From Gammaproteobacteria bacterium (GTDB taxonomy: Bacteria > Pseudomonadota > Gammaproteobacteria > GCA-001735895): a stretch of 54,194 bases of DNA. The stretch spans positions 1 to 54,194 of the forward strand of contig JBNKUM010000077.1 of NCBI GenBank assembly GCA_050298595.1. The letters are read 5' to 3'. Positions 10,262 through 21,723 of the stretch are shown here, in pieces (position 1 is the first letter of the stretch; every line of letters starts with the position of its first letter). The translations under genes and the position numbers were made by a program. Below the pieces are notes generated by a model that saw only the letters and a program-made list of their open reading frames with translations, ran no database searches and was not told the DNA's origin.

Positions 10262-11443
10262 ATGAATACAATTACACAAGCTCGCAGACTGTTTTTGAAG
10301 AAGCTGGCAGGTATCAGTGCTTTGATGACCCTCCCAGTTATTACTCAAAATTCATATGCAGCTGCCCAAAAATCCGCATTAACCGGTGTTCGAGTAGCTC
10401 AATCCAATCCCGATCATACACGTGTAGTTTTTGATCTGTCTGACAATATTGAGCATGATCTTTTTACTCTATCCAATCCCAATCGGGTGGTTATAGATCT
10501 TAAAGATGTGCGTAAATCTGCTGCACTGATTACTGACGAAAATGAAACTGACTTACTACGTAGTATTCGGTCAGCAGTACGTCAATCTGATGATTTGAGA
10601 ATAGTACTCGATTTAAAGGGTAAAGTACGACCACGTAGTTTCATGCTACAACCGGATAGTAAAAATGGTTATCGTCTGGTAGTAGATATGCATGCGACTG
10701 AACTTAGCCCTACACCAATTATAACCAGCCGCGAAAAACGCAAAGCCAAAAAGAAGCAGGTTGTAATAGCTATCGACCCTGGACACGGTGGTCGAGACCC
10801 GGGTGCAGTTGGTCGTAATGGTACCAAAGAAAAAGATGTAACACTGGCGATGGGCAAAAAGCTGGCCAAGATCATAAATAATACACCTGGCTATAAGGCT
10901 GTACTTACCAGAAGCTCTGATCAGTATATTGTATTGCGTAATCGAGTGAAAACTGCACGCAGCCATCAGGCCGATTTGTTTGTCTCCCTGCATGCGGATG
11001 CCTATAAATCACCGCGTGTAGAAGGTGCATCGGTTTATGCTCTGTCGTTAAACGGCGCCAGCTCTGAAGCAGCACGTTGGATTGCTGAAAAAGAAAATGC
11101 TTCGGATTTGATCGGAGGTATAAGCCTGGATGATAAAGATGACTTGATTGCATCTGTATTACTCGATCTTTCACAGACGGCGACAATTCAGGATAGTCTG
11201 GAGCTAGGGTCAGAGATTTTGAATCATCTGGGTAAGGTGGGAAAGCTCAACAAGGAACATGTACAACAGGCTGGTTTTGCCGTGTTGAAGGCTCCTGATA
11301 TGCCTTCTATTCTAATAGAAACAGCATTCATCTCAAACCCTAAAGAAGAGCGCCGACTTAAGTCTTCCAGACACCAGAAAAAAATAGCCAAAGCTATTTT
11401 CTCTGGCATCCAGAACCATGTTAAGGATCGACTGATCAGCTAG
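10262..11443 (+). CDS. N-acetylmuramoyl-L-alanine amidase (AMIN + Amidase_3, Tat signal; AmiB/AmiC type)
   Basis: ARRLFLK Tat motif; IDPGHGGRDPGA, SLHAD, LIETAFISN. Confidence 0.92.
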   Translation: MNTITQARRLFLKKLAGISALMTLPVITQNSYAAAQKSALTGVRVAQSNPDHTRVVFDLSDNIEHDLFTLSNPNRVVIDLKDVRKSAALITDENETDLLRSIRSAVRQSDDLRIVLDLKGKVRPRSFMLQPDSKNGYRLVVDMHATELSPTPIITSREKRKAKKKQVVIAIDPGHGGRDPGAVGRNGTKEKDVTLAMGKKLAKIINNTPGYKAVLTRSSDQYIVLRNRVKTARSHQADLFVSLHADAYKSPRVEGASVYALSLNGASSEAARWIAEKENASDLIGGISLDDKDDLIASVLLDLSQTATIQDSLELGSEILNHLGKVGKLNKEHVQQAGFAVLKAPDMPSILIETAFISNPKEERRLKSSRHQKKIAKAIFSGIQNHVKDRLIS

Positions 11444-11470
11444 TTTTAACTGACTGCTGGAAAAAATCAT

Positions 11471-11500
11471 AAAAACGCACTTTCATCAGTGCGTTTTTTT
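11471..11500. terminator. Bidirectional terminator between the amidase and transglutaminase genes
   Basis: aaaaacgcact/agtgcgttttt inverted repeat between convergent genes. Confidence 0.8.
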
Positions 11501-13487
11501 ATGTGGATGGAAATTTCCACTGTGCCACCATTTGTCCGAAACGATTGATGATGGCTTGTTTTTGATAGCCCTGCGCATATTTTATGCGATTATAGGCAGT
11601 AAATATATTTTCTAGTTGTTGGTCTTTAAAATGGTTTTCTGATTGCAGACGCTGTAGAAAATCATTCAGAGTCTCTGACGGTTGACGTGTAAATCCATAT
11701 TTTGCCAGTTTTTTCAGAAGCTGTTTGAGAATGATTTCATATCGAGCAGGTTTTGCCGGTCGTTCTCTATACCAACTGATCAACCAGTAACCACCTGTTA
11801 TCAGCATAATGCTGAATACCAGCGCAATTATCATATCCCCCCATCCCACAATCCCCAGTCCCAGATTGCTTAGGAAACGAGTCTGCTTTTTATTATCGTA
11901 GTTGATAACCCAGTCATTCCAGCGGTGTTGCAACCTGTCCCAACCAAATAACATTTTACTGAGTAGAGCACTACGCCTGGAATATTTGAAGGTGGCGAAC
12001 TCATTTTTGAGCGCCTGATCTAATCCTCCTTCAATGCGGTCGGGAGAGACAGCTGCCGTAGGATCCACGCGTACCCAGCCCTGATCCTCTAGCCACACTT
12101 CGGTCCAGGCATGGGCATCTGACTGACGCACGATGAGGTAATTACCGACTTCATTTAATTCACCACCCTGATACCCGGTAACGATGCGAGCAGGAATGCC
12201 TGCTGCGCGCATGAGTAATGCAAAGCTACTGGCATAATGCTCACAGAATCCGCGCCGGGTACGAAAAAGAAATTCATCACTGGCATTTTCGCCCAGCAGA
12301 GGCGGTTGCAATGTATAGACATACTCCTGTTCTCGAAACTGATTTAACGCGTGCTGGATAACCTCACTGTCAGAGTTAAACCTGTTCGCCCATGATCGCC
12401 CGAGAGCAATGGTTTGAGGATTGCGATCTTCATTTACTGCCGTTGCTTGCATCAGGTAATCAAAAGACTCATCTATACCTATTCGATAATTTAAGGCGGA
12501 ACTTAAAGTGTATCGTTTCAGGTCATTGACAGGCTTTTTGCTAGTTAATTGAAACTCGGAAGTCATGAAGCTTTCAGGCAATCTCATGACTGGGATATCC
12601 AGTGCCAATAGCCAGGGTTTTCCGTGTGGCTCAAGCGTTACCGTGTAGGTTGTTTTTTGGATGTTTTCAGGTGTATCAATATGTCTGACTATCTTGGGGC
12701 TTTCCTGTGTCCAGTGTCGTCCATCGAATTTCGCCATCACCGGACCACGCCAGTATAGTTTCTCCTGTGCTGGAATCTCACCTTCAAAACTTACCCTGAA
12801 AGCAACCTCATTACTGAAAATCAGGTTACTGATTGAACCGGGAGCCATATCATCGCTTAGGCCTGTAATCCCGCCACGTTGTTCCTGAGTGAGCCCCCAG
12901 ATAGGACCAGGGATACGGGGTACAAGAATAAACAGTATCACCATGATGGGTATAGACAGGCCAATCAGCTTGGAAGAGGCCTGTAGCCGGGTTTTTAGAG
13001 CTACGCTATCGTCTCTTTGATTGATAGTCATCAGTGTGGTTGTGATGATGAGGAGACAGCCAAGCATGAACAGGGCGATTAAAATACTCTGGTTGAATAG
13101 AAAATGGGTGGCCAGTAAAAAGTAAGTAAGAAAGGTTAAAATCAATATGTCACGATGTGTATAAGATTCGAGAAACTTGAAGGCGGTCATAACCGTGAGT
13201 AGTGCCAGCCCCGGATCACGTCCAGCGATAGTCCAGAACTGGGCGAAAACACTTAAACCTCCTCCTAGCACCATCATGATCAAAAGCCATTTAGGTACCT
13301 GAAACAGATAACCGTAAGCCTGTAAAACACGCCAGAGCAGGCTTACTACCGCGATGCTGATGACCCATAATGGCAGGTGAGTTGCGTGCGGAAGCATGGT
13401 AATCAGAAAACTGAAAGCAACTGCATTGACACTGTTGCGTGACAGCGGCTCTTCAGCTATCCGGTGAATGGGGAGATTAACTCTCAT
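11499..13487 (-). CDS. Membrane transglutaminase-like protein (DUF3488 + transglutaminase core, TgpA-like)
   Basis: About 6 N-terminal TM segments; GFCEHYA, HAWTEVW and RVDPT give the Cys-His-Asp triad. Confidence 0.9.
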   Translation of the reverse strand: MRVNLPIHRIAEEPLSRNSVNAVAFSFLITMLPHATHLPLWVISIAVVSLLWRVLQAYGYLFQVPKWLLIMMVLGGGLSVFAQFWTIAGRDPGLALLTVMTAFKFLESYTHRDILILTFLTYFLLATHFLFNQSILIALFMLGCLLIITTTLMTINQRDDSVALKTRLQASSKLIGLSIPIMVILFILVPRIPGPIWGLTQEQRGGITGLSDDMAPGSISNLIFSNEVAFRVSFEGEIPAQEKLYWRGPVMAKFDGRHWTQESPKIVRHIDTPENIQKTTYTVTLEPHGKPWLLALDIPVMRLPESFMTSEFQLTSKKPVNDLKRYTLSSALNYRIGIDESFDYLMQATAVNEDRNPQTIALGRSWANRFNSDSEVIQHALNQFREQEYVYTLQPPLLGENASDEFLFRTRRGFCEHYASSFALLMRAAGIPARIVTGYQGGELNEVGNYLIVRQSDAHAWTEVWLEDQGWVRVDPTAAVSPDRIEGGLDQALKNEFATFKYSRRSALLSKMLFGWDRLQHRWNDWVINYDNKKQTRFLSNLGLGIVGWGDMIIALVFSIMLITGGYWLISWYRERPAKPARYEIILKQLLKKLAKYGFTRQPSETLNDFLQRLQSENHFKDQQLENIFTAYNRIKYAQGYQKQAIINRFGQMVAQWKFPST

Positions 13488-14487
13488 TGATCTGTAGTTC
13501 TGAATTCATATCTCTTTGCCGGAAAGTTGCGAGTGCTTGTAGACAATAGCTACGATGCACCGGGCCGTCATCCTGATCAATAGTCGTTGAGGGTAGCACG
13601 AGGCCATATTTACGTCCTTGCTGATGTGCCAGAACAATGAGAGCTGTCATCTGGCTCAGCTTACCTTCGACAGAAGCTGCGGACATATCCTTCCAGTCGA
13701 TCCACAGCGAAGGCGTCGCATAACCCTGAAAGGTTTTGGTCAGCATACCCCGTCCCTGGGCAAGGGCTTTCCAGGAAATGTGGCGTAGCGATTCACCGTT
13801 TCGGTGTTGCCTGAGCCCTGCAAAGTCATCGCCATCTGCCATATCAACATTACTTTTACCGGATTCATCATTAACCATACTCTGCTGTAACTGAAGATCA
13901 AACAAAGGCGTTGGGTAAACCAGCAGAGGACAGTCGTATTTTAACCAGCCCCAGGCATGAAAAAGTCCGGTTGGGTAGCGGGTAAACAAGGTTAGTCCAG
14001 CCGTTTGATACGCGCCTCGATGATGAGTCGGTAATTCAAGTGAGAGCTCTGCGCTGGATTCTGGGTCTATACTGCTGTAGTCGGGGTAATGCTGTTGATA
14101 TTGAATACCTACCGCATAACGCGAACTCTGGTTTGGATTATAGATATTGAACTTTAAGAGGATATTCTCTCCACAGAAAACGGGTTCTGGTGGTTTAAGT
14201 TCGATGGTTAATCCGAGTAGGTTTTTATGGGTTTGCCAAAGGCTGATGATGCCGATGGCGGTTAACAGAAATGTGAGCGCAAATGCCATGCTGTTCTCAT
14301 AGTTGATCGCAGCGAGCAGTAGCACAAATAGCATCACGGCATAGATGTATCCAAATCGGGTTGGCAGAATATAGAGTCGTCGGTTGTGCAGGGTGATTTT
14401 ACCTGTAGTGGCCGGGTTGCGTAGTGCTATCCAGTAATCAATTCGTTTACGCAAAGCATTGGGCATTAATGAAGACAACAGGGACAT
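13477..14487 (-). CDS. DUF58-domain protein
   Basis: YILPTRFG, DDFAGLR...GESLRHISWKA; lies between MoxR and the transglutaminase. Confidence 0.88.
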   Translation of the reverse strand: MSLLSSLMPNALRKRIDYWIALRNPATTGKITLHNRRLYILPTRFGYIYAVMLFVLLLAAINYENSMAFALTFLLTAIGIISLWQTHKNLLGLTIELKPPEPVFCGENILLKFNIYNPNQSSRYAVGIQYQQHYPDYSSIDPESSAELSLELPTHHRGAYQTAGLTLFTRYPTGLFHAWGWLKYDCPLLVYPTPLFDLQLQQSMVNDESGKSNVDMADGDDFAGLRQHRNGESLRHISWKALAQGRGMLTKTFQGYATPSLWIDWKDMSAASVEGKLSQMTALIVLAHQQGRKYGLVLPSTTIDQDDGPVHRSYCLQALATFRQRDMNSELQINES

Positions 14488-14499
14488 GGTTTAGCTGTG

Positions 14500-15447
14500 C
14501 TAAGGGATGGCGACCGTTTCAAGTAAATCCTGCACCATAAGCTCAACGGTTTTACTCAGATGGTCAACAGATATCAGGCGATGACAGGCAATGGCGGGGA
14601 ATATCGCTTTAATATCGCTGGGGTCGACGAAATCTCTATGCTGCATAAAAGCCCAACTGCGGGCAGCCCTCAGCAGAGACAGGCCTGCGCGAGGAGATAA
14701 ACCATATACAAACTGTCCATTGTTTCGCGTCTCATGTAACAGTGCCTGTACATAATCAAGCAGGGGGGCGGAGACATGAATCGATTCAATCGACTGTTGA
14801 ATTTTTATTATACGATTTGCATCCAGAACCGGGGTTATTTCCTGTAGTAAATGCTGACGACTCTTGCCGGATAGCAACAGGCGCTCTGCCTGACGGTCTG
14901 GATAGCCCAGATTGAGTTTCATCATAAAGCGATCAAGTTGAGACTCTGGTAAAGGGAAGGTGCCTGATTGATCCAGCGGATTCTGAGTACCAATGACGAA
15001 AAATGGCGCGGCCAAAATACGAGTTTCGCCTTCAACAGTGATCTGGCGTTCCTCCATGGCTTCTAATAAAGCACTCTGAGTCTTTGGAGTGGCTCGATTC
15101 ATTTCATCAGCTAATACACAGTTAGAAAAGATGGGGCCGGGGTGAAATTTAAAGCCTTCAGTTTTTCGGTCATACACTGAGACGCCTAAAATATCCGCAG
15201 GCAATAAGTCGCTGGTGAACTGTATGCGGGTGAAATTCAATCCAAAAACCCTGGAAATGGCATGAGCCAGAGTCGTTTTGCCCACACCTGGTAAGTCTTC
15301 GATCAGGCAGTGGCCAGATGACAACAGGCAGCAAACGGCCAGTTTTATTTGCTGAGGTTTGCCAACGATAATCTTCTCTATGTTCTCAATGGCAAGCTGA
15401 ATTGGGTGTAGCATTGAACTTAAAGGTGTTGATGCCTGCTTTAACAT
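14500..15447 (-). CDS. moxR: MoxR-family AAA+ ATPase
   Basis: EDLPGVGKT, RIQFTSDLLPAD, LADEMNRA, TQNP, FPLPESQLDRF; start could be the later Met. Confidence 0.92.
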   Translation of the reverse strand: MLKQASTPLSSMLHPIQLAIENIEKIIVGKPQQIKLAVCCLLSSGHCLIEDLPGVGKTTLAHAISRVFGLNFTRIQFTSDLLPADILGVSVYDRKTEGFKFHPGPIFSNCVLADEMNRATPKTQSALLEAMEERQITVEGETRILAAPFFVIGTQNPLDQSGTFPLPESQLDRFMMKLNLGYPDRQAERLLLSGKSRQHLLQEITPVLDANRIIKIQQSIESIHVSAPLLDYVQALLHETRNNGQFVYGLSPRAGLSLLRAARSWAFMQHRDFVDPSDIKAIFPAIACHRLISVDHLSKTVELMVQDLLETVAIP

Positions 15448-15493
15448 GCGTGTTTTCCAAATATCTAATCAGTTTATTCTAACTGTTTTTGAC

Positions 15494-15520
15494 AAAAAAA
15501 AGCCCGCAAATGCGGGCTTT
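15494..15520 (-). terminator. Terminator of the DUF2892 gene
   Basis: aaagcccgca/tgcgggcttt stem with an 8-nt U tract on the minus strand. Confidence 0.8.
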
Positions 15521-15541
15521 ATGCTGAATATGGTAACAGAT

Positions 15542-15745
15542 TTAGTTAAAAGCCTGCCCGGGTTGCTTACCCAGTTTTTTGAGAATGGTAGCCAGCGGGC
15601 AAAAACCAGTGAAGGCGGATTGGAACAGGTTGATGCCAACGAAAGCAGTAAAGAAAAACCAGTAGGGGTGATGATAAACACCCAGAGTAACGCTAACAAA
15701 AACAAACAGGCCTGCAACAGCCAGTACTATACGATCTATACTCAT
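15542..15745 (-). CDS. DUF2892 (YgaP-like) small membrane protein
   Basis: [12 protein letters not shown]...[16 protein letters not shown] signature; AAGGAG RBS before ATG at 15745. Confidence 0.88.
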   Translation of the reverse strand: MSIDRIVLAVAGLFVFVSVTLGVYHHPYWFFFTAFVGINLFQSAFTGFCPLATILKKLGKQPGQAFN

Positions 15746-15793
15746 ATCCAAACTCCTTATAATCTGAAGGGTGAAAAATTCGGCCTAATACTA

Positions 15794-15811
15794 TATTAGG
15801 GTTTGCTAATA
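15794..15811. promoter_or_regulatory. Palindromic operator candidate upstream of the DUF2892 gene
   Basis: tattag-N6-ctaata, overlapping a second palindrome cctaata-cta-tattagg (15784-15800). Confidence 0.4.
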
Positions 15812-15882
15812 ATCAAGTGTTGCAATCTAATGGCGTTGAATACAACCTTAAAAAAATCTGTGCGAATTTCTCCGAAATATAC

Positions 15883-15901
15883 TATGCTGCACTGCAGCAT
15901 A
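15883..15901. promoter_or_regulatory. PhaR-box-like palindrome upstream of the universal stress protein gene
   Basis: tatgctgc-act-gcagcata, a perfect 8-bp inverted repeat containing CTGC-N3-GCAG. Confidence 0.45.
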
Positions 15902-15933
15902 ATGTGTTTTGACTGGTATTTCTGGAATTAGGT

Positions 15934-16761
15934 ATGGCTTATAAAGATATTCTTGTTTATGTAGATGAAGGGGCTTCGAATGAGGAGCGTATTAAAATGG
16001 CGTTTAATTTAGCAAAAGACCACCAGGCACGGTTAACGGGTATCACTCTGAGCGCGTTAAAGCCGAATCATTTAAAGGTTAAGGAAAGCAAGGCGATCAA
16101 GAATATTTGCCTGAAGGAAGCCGAAAAAAGAATGCTCGAATTCGCCGAGCAGGCTAAGGCTGCAGGTATAGAGGCAGATGCTCGAATTATCAAGGGCAAC
16201 CCCTCTAAAGCTTCTTTGCAGCTTGCCAAGATTGCGCGCAATTATGACATGGTTATTCTACGTCAGGCCAATCCAAAAAATCGCAATCATTCGATTACTG
16301 AAGTCGTAGCCGAAGATATCATCCTGTTAAGTGGACGACCGGTTTTCTTTATGCCGTATATTGGAGCTCACCGAATTCCCTGTAAAAAAGCCATGATAGC
16401 CTGGGATGGAACGCCTGCTGCGACACGTTCTGTGCATGATGCCTTGCCAATTCTTTCAAGGGTGGAAGATGTTTTTATTCTGGTGGTACAGGAAGGTAAG
16501 CAGAAAACAGCTAAAGGAGAATTACTGGTTGATGATCTGGCTAAACATCTGGAAAGGCATGGAACTAAGGCAAGTATCCGCCGGGTAAATGCAGGAACCT
16601 TTGATGTACCCACGGTGATTTTGAATGAAATCGCTGAAAACGATATTGATATTATGGTGATGGGCGGTTACGGCACACCCAGTTTGAAGCAAAAGATTTT
16701 TGGTGGAGTGACCCGTACCATACTGTCATCGATGATTATCCCAGTCATCATGTCGCATTAA
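15934..16761 (+). CDS. Universal stress protein (tandem Usp domains)
   Basis: YKDILVYVD, IILLSGRPV, IAWDG, VMGGYG...FGGVTRTIL...PVIMSH. Confidence 0.9.
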   Translation: MAYKDILVYVDEGASNEERIKMAFNLAKDHQARLTGITLSALKPNHLKVKESKAIKNICLKEAEKRMLEFAEQAKAAGIEADARIIKGNPSKASLQLAKIARNYDMVILRQANPKNRNHSITEVVAEDIILLSGRPVFFMPYIGAHRIPCKKAMIAWDGTPAATRSVHDALPILSRVEDVFILVVQEGKQKTAKGELLVDDLAKHLERHGTKASIRRVNAGTFDVPTVILNEIAENDIDIMVMGGYGTPSLKQKIFGGVTRTILSSMIIPVIMSH

Positions 16762-16762
16762 T

Positions 16763-16797
16763 AAAAGCCCCGGTTACGATATATTTGCAGCCGGGGC
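16763..16797 (-). terminator. Terminator hairpin between usp and gltA
   Basis: gccccgg/ccggggc stem with a U tract on the minus strand, between convergent genes. Confidence 0.65.
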
Positions 16798-16808
16798 ATG
16801 TGTTTAGA

Positions 16809-18104
16809 TTAACGTTTTGCTAATTCCACGTATTCTCTGGTTTGAGCACCCGTATATATCTGACGCGGACGGCCAATACGCTGCTCCTTATCTTCCATCA
16901 TTTCCAGCCACTGAGATATCCAGCCTGCAGTGCGCCCCATGGCAAAGATCACGGTAAACATATTCAAAGGCATATCCAGCGCTTTAAGAATAATACCCGA
17001 GTAGAAATCCACATTCGGATACAGGTTTCTTTCCAGAAAGTAATCATCTTCCAGAGCGATACGTTCCAGTTCACGTGCGGTTTCGAATAAAGGCTGGTTG
17101 GTGCTACCCAGAGCATCCAGCAATTCGTTACAGGCTTTACGGATGATTTTGGCACGAGGGTCATAGTTCTTGTATACGCGATGACCAAAGCCCATAAGGC
17201 GAAACTCGTCATTTTTATCTTTCGCACGTTCAACATATTTCGGTATTTCATCCGGGTGCTGAATCTCTTCCAGCATACGAATGACTGCTTCATTTGCCCC
17301 ACCATGAGCAGGCCCCCATAACGATGCAATACCTGCAGAGATACAGGCAAAAGGGTTAGCCCCGGAGCTACTGGATAATCTGACCGTAGAGGTACTGGCA
17401 TTCTGCTCGTGGTCAGCATGCAGGATAAAAATCAGGCGCATAGCGTGCACAGCAACAGGATTCGGTACGTATTCTTCGGTAGGTACACTGAACATCATGT
17501 ACATGAAGTTTTCGATAAAATTTAAGTCATTGCGCGGATAGGGTAATGGAAGGCCATTCGCTCGGCGATAACTGTAAGCCGCTATTGTGGGCATTTTGGC
17601 GAGTAGTCGATGAGCTGAAATCTCTCTATGTCTGGGGTTATTGACATCTAATGAGTCATGATAAAAAGCCGATAAAGCGCCTACTACACCAACCATGATG
17701 GCCATTGGATGGGCGTCATGATGAAACCCATTAAAAAAGTGCTTTACGCCTTCATGAACCATGGTGTGGCGTTTGATCATATTAGTAAATTCATTATATT
17801 CATCTTTATCTGGAAGGTGTCCATACATCAGCAGGAAACTGGTTTCGAGATAATTACTATGTTCTGCTAATTGTTCAATAGGATAACCACGATATAGCAG
17901 GATACCTTTGTCTCCATCTATATAGGTAATATCACTTTTACAGCTGGCAGTGGCCTGAAAACCTGGATCGTAAGTAAACAGGCCAAGTTGGGCATGCAAT
18001 TTTCTGATATCAAAGGTAGGTGAGCCGATGCTCGGGTCGATAATATCAAAATCCGCTGACTTGCCGCTGCGATTATCGGTTATGGTGACTGTGTTTTTGC
18101 TCAT
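16809..18104 (-). CDS. gltA: Type II citrate synthase
   Basis: [43 protein letters not shown]. Confidence 0.97.
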   Translation of the reverse strand: MSKNTVTITDNRSGKSADFDIIDPSIGSPTFDIRKLHAQLGLFTYDPGFQATASCKSDITYIDGDKGILLYRGYPIEQLAEHSNYLETSFLLMYGHLPDKDEYNEFTNMIKRHTMVHEGVKHFFNGFHHDAHPMAIMVGVVGALSAFYHDSLDVNNPRHREISAHRLLAKMPTIAAYSYRRANGLPLPYPRNDLNFIENFMYMMFSVPTEEYVPNPVAVHAMRLIFILHADHEQNASTSTVRLSSSSGANPFACISAGIASLWGPAHGGANEAVIRMLEEIQHPDEIPKYVERAKDKNDEFRLMGFGHRVYKNYDPRAKIIRKACNELLDALGSTNQPLFETARELERIALEDDYFLERNLYPNVDFYSGIILKALDMPLNMFTVIFAMGRTAGWISQWLEMMEDKEQRIGRPRQIYTGAQTREYVELAKR

Positions 18105-18240
18105 TGGGTAACTCCTAACTCTCTGATATGGTTAGCTTCTTGGTTTTAACATAGGCTCAGGGCCTGATGAGGTGTTTTTCAGACAATTGTAAACAACCTA
18201 TGTTTACTTCTGCATCTAATTATTTCCGATACTATAGACT

Positions 18241-18589
18241 ATGCGACACCTGATTAAACTATTGATTTTCCTAATTATCATTATCCATCAAGCCTATGCC
18301 ATCGAAGATGGGCGCTGGCAACAGAACTATTAGCGGTCAGGATTAGCTGGAATTTGGTACCTGGATGTTGGCCGGTGGTCATAATATTGGATGGGAAAGT
18401 ATACTGGAATTCGGCATAAAAGAGGGCCGGTTTACCCAGGGCACCGCTACAGTACGATTATTGCCCAATATGAGTGCATTTTCTCGTCCACCACAGGTTT
18501 TTGAATGTGCCCTTGTTTCCAGTACATTTGCCAGACGTAAAGGAGTTAAAAAAGTATTCCTTCAGGATCGAAGCTTGAAATACTTTTAA
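18241..18589 (+). pseudogene. Probable pseudogene of a secreted protein
   Basis: ATG 18241 gives signal peptide MRHLIKLLIFLIIIIHQAYA, then TAG at 18331; protein-like sequence resumes in a shifted frame (EFGTWMLAGG... to 18589). Confidence 0.5.
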
Positions 18590-18668
18590 TTGATGGTTTT
18601 AAGCTGAGTACGGAGCAGGAAACCGGTGCCAGACTGATTAAATATCAATTATGGCGCAAAACTATAGA

Positions 18669-19991
18669 TCACTTTATGGTGGCGATATGCTCGCCATCTC
18701 TAAAACCTAATTTCACCTCATCATCAGCTTTCAGCTGTTTGGCTGAATGAATGAGCTTATCTTGCATAGTGACTGTGGCATAACCTCGCGCCAGCGTTTT
18801 TAAGGGGCTCAAGTTATCCAGCTTACTACTGTTTAATGCCAGTTTGTGACGGTCCTGGGTAAGCTGACTTTTCATCTGAGTCAATAAACTGCGCTTAGAT
18901 TGGTCCACATTAAGCTTCAACATGGCTATTTTTTGCAGGGGATGATGAAGTCGAACCTGCTCTATAAGGCGTTGTAGCTGATGATTTTTTCTTTCCAGAT
19001 AATGGTTCTGAACATGTTTTAGCGAGTTGCTGGCGAATACCAGTCGCTGTTTAAGTGATTGCATTTGACGTTGAGGATGCAGACGTAATAGACGTTGCTG
19101 GATGGTGCTAAGGTCGATTTTATGGCTGGATAAGCGCTTAATTATCTGCTGTTGCAGCCGTGTTGATAATTGATCAACACGCATCATGATTTCATATTGA
19201 TCCATGGTGACTGACTCTGCGGCAACCGATGGGGTCGGTGCGCGCAGGTCAGCGACATAATCGGCAATAGTCGTATCAATTTCATGTCCTATGCCACTCA
19301 CGATGGGAATCTCTGAATCAAAAATAGCATGAGCCAGCGCCGCTTCGTTAAAACACCACAGATCCTCCAGCGAGCCACCTCCACGTATGAGCAATAAAAC
19401 ATCACATTCAGCATGTTGGTTAGCCAGTTTAATCGCATTCACGATGGAGCCTGTAGCTGCCTCACCCTGAACCTGGGTAGGAAACAGGGTCACCTGACTG
19501 GAGGGAGAACGACGCCGAATAACACTAATAGCATCACGAATGGCGGCACCACTGGCTGAAGTGATGATGCCTATATGGTGTGCCTGATCGGGCACTGGTT
19601 TTTTATGCTTTTGATCAAACAGACCTTCATTTGAAAGCTGTTTCTTCAGCGCTTCAAACTCTCTCATCAATCGGCCAACACCTGCTTCTTCCATATGCTC
19701 AACAATCACCTGAAAATCACCCCGTGCCTCATACAACGTGACCTGGGCACGAATCAGGATTTGTTGTCCATTTTGTGGAGTGAAAGCTATGCGTTGATTA
19801 CGGTTACGAAACATGGCAGCGCGTAACTGTGAGCGTTCATCTTTAAGTGTGAAGTACCAATGCCCGGAAGCAGGGCTGGAAAAATTTGAAATCTCACCTT
19901 CGATCCAGATCGAACCAATCCCCTGTTCGAGCATGGTTTTGATTTCAAAGTTGAGCGCAGATACGCTCCAGATAGCTTCATTGTGTTGCAT
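18669..19991 (-). CDS. xseA: Exodeoxyribonuclease VII large subunit
   Basis: GEISNF..PASGHWYFTLKD, RGGGSLEDLW, GHEIDTTIAD, RAPTPS; divergent from guaB. Confidence 0.96.
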   Translation of the reverse strand: MQHNEAIWSVSALNFEIKTMLEQGIGSIWIEGEISNFSSPASGHWYFTLKDERSQLRAAMFRNRNQRIAFTPQNGQQILIRAQVTLYEARGDFQVIVEHMEEAGVGRLMREFEALKKQLSNEGLFDQKHKKPVPDQAHHIGIITSASGAAIRDAISVIRRRSPSSQVTLFPTQVQGEAATGSIVNAIKLANQHAECDVLLLIRGGGSLEDLWCFNEAALAHAIFDSEIPIVSGIGHEIDTTIADYVADLRAPTPSVAAESVTMDQYEIMMRVDQLSTRLQQQIIKRLSSHKIDLSTIQQRLLRLHPQRQMQSLKQRLVFASNSLKHVQNHYLERKNHQLQRLIEQVRLHHPLQKIAMLKLNVDQSKRSLLTQMKSQLTQDRHKLALNSSKLDNLSPLKTLARGYATVTMQDKLIHSAKQLKADDEVKLGFRDGEHIATIK

Positions 19992-20107
19992 ATATGGGTG
20001 TTGGATGTGTGAATGTTAAACTGGGACTTTACTAGAGATGGGTAGATTAGTCTTTGGGAAAAATTCTGGTCCTGCTACTGAAGAAGAAAAGGCAATTGAT
20101 GAAGAAC

Positions 20108-20130
20108 AAAAAAAAGCCACTAAAAGCGGC
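20108..20130 (-). terminator. Terminator-like hairpin in the xseA-guaB intergenic region
   Basis: Minus strand reads gccgc-tttta-gtggc followed by T8. Confidence 0.5.
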
Positions 20131-20200
20131 TGCAATTTGACATCGGGTGAAAATTGTTTCTTCCTCGACCCTTTTTTGAGTTATCCGGACCATTATCCGG

Positions 20201-21717
<1,517 letters not shown>

Positions 21718-21723
21718 CCACTG

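Noticed and set aside
15446-15799. 117-aa plus-strand ORF and 82-aa minus-strand ORF
   Set aside because: Shadows of the DUF2892 gene and its terminator (KKKPANAGF is translated hairpin sequence).
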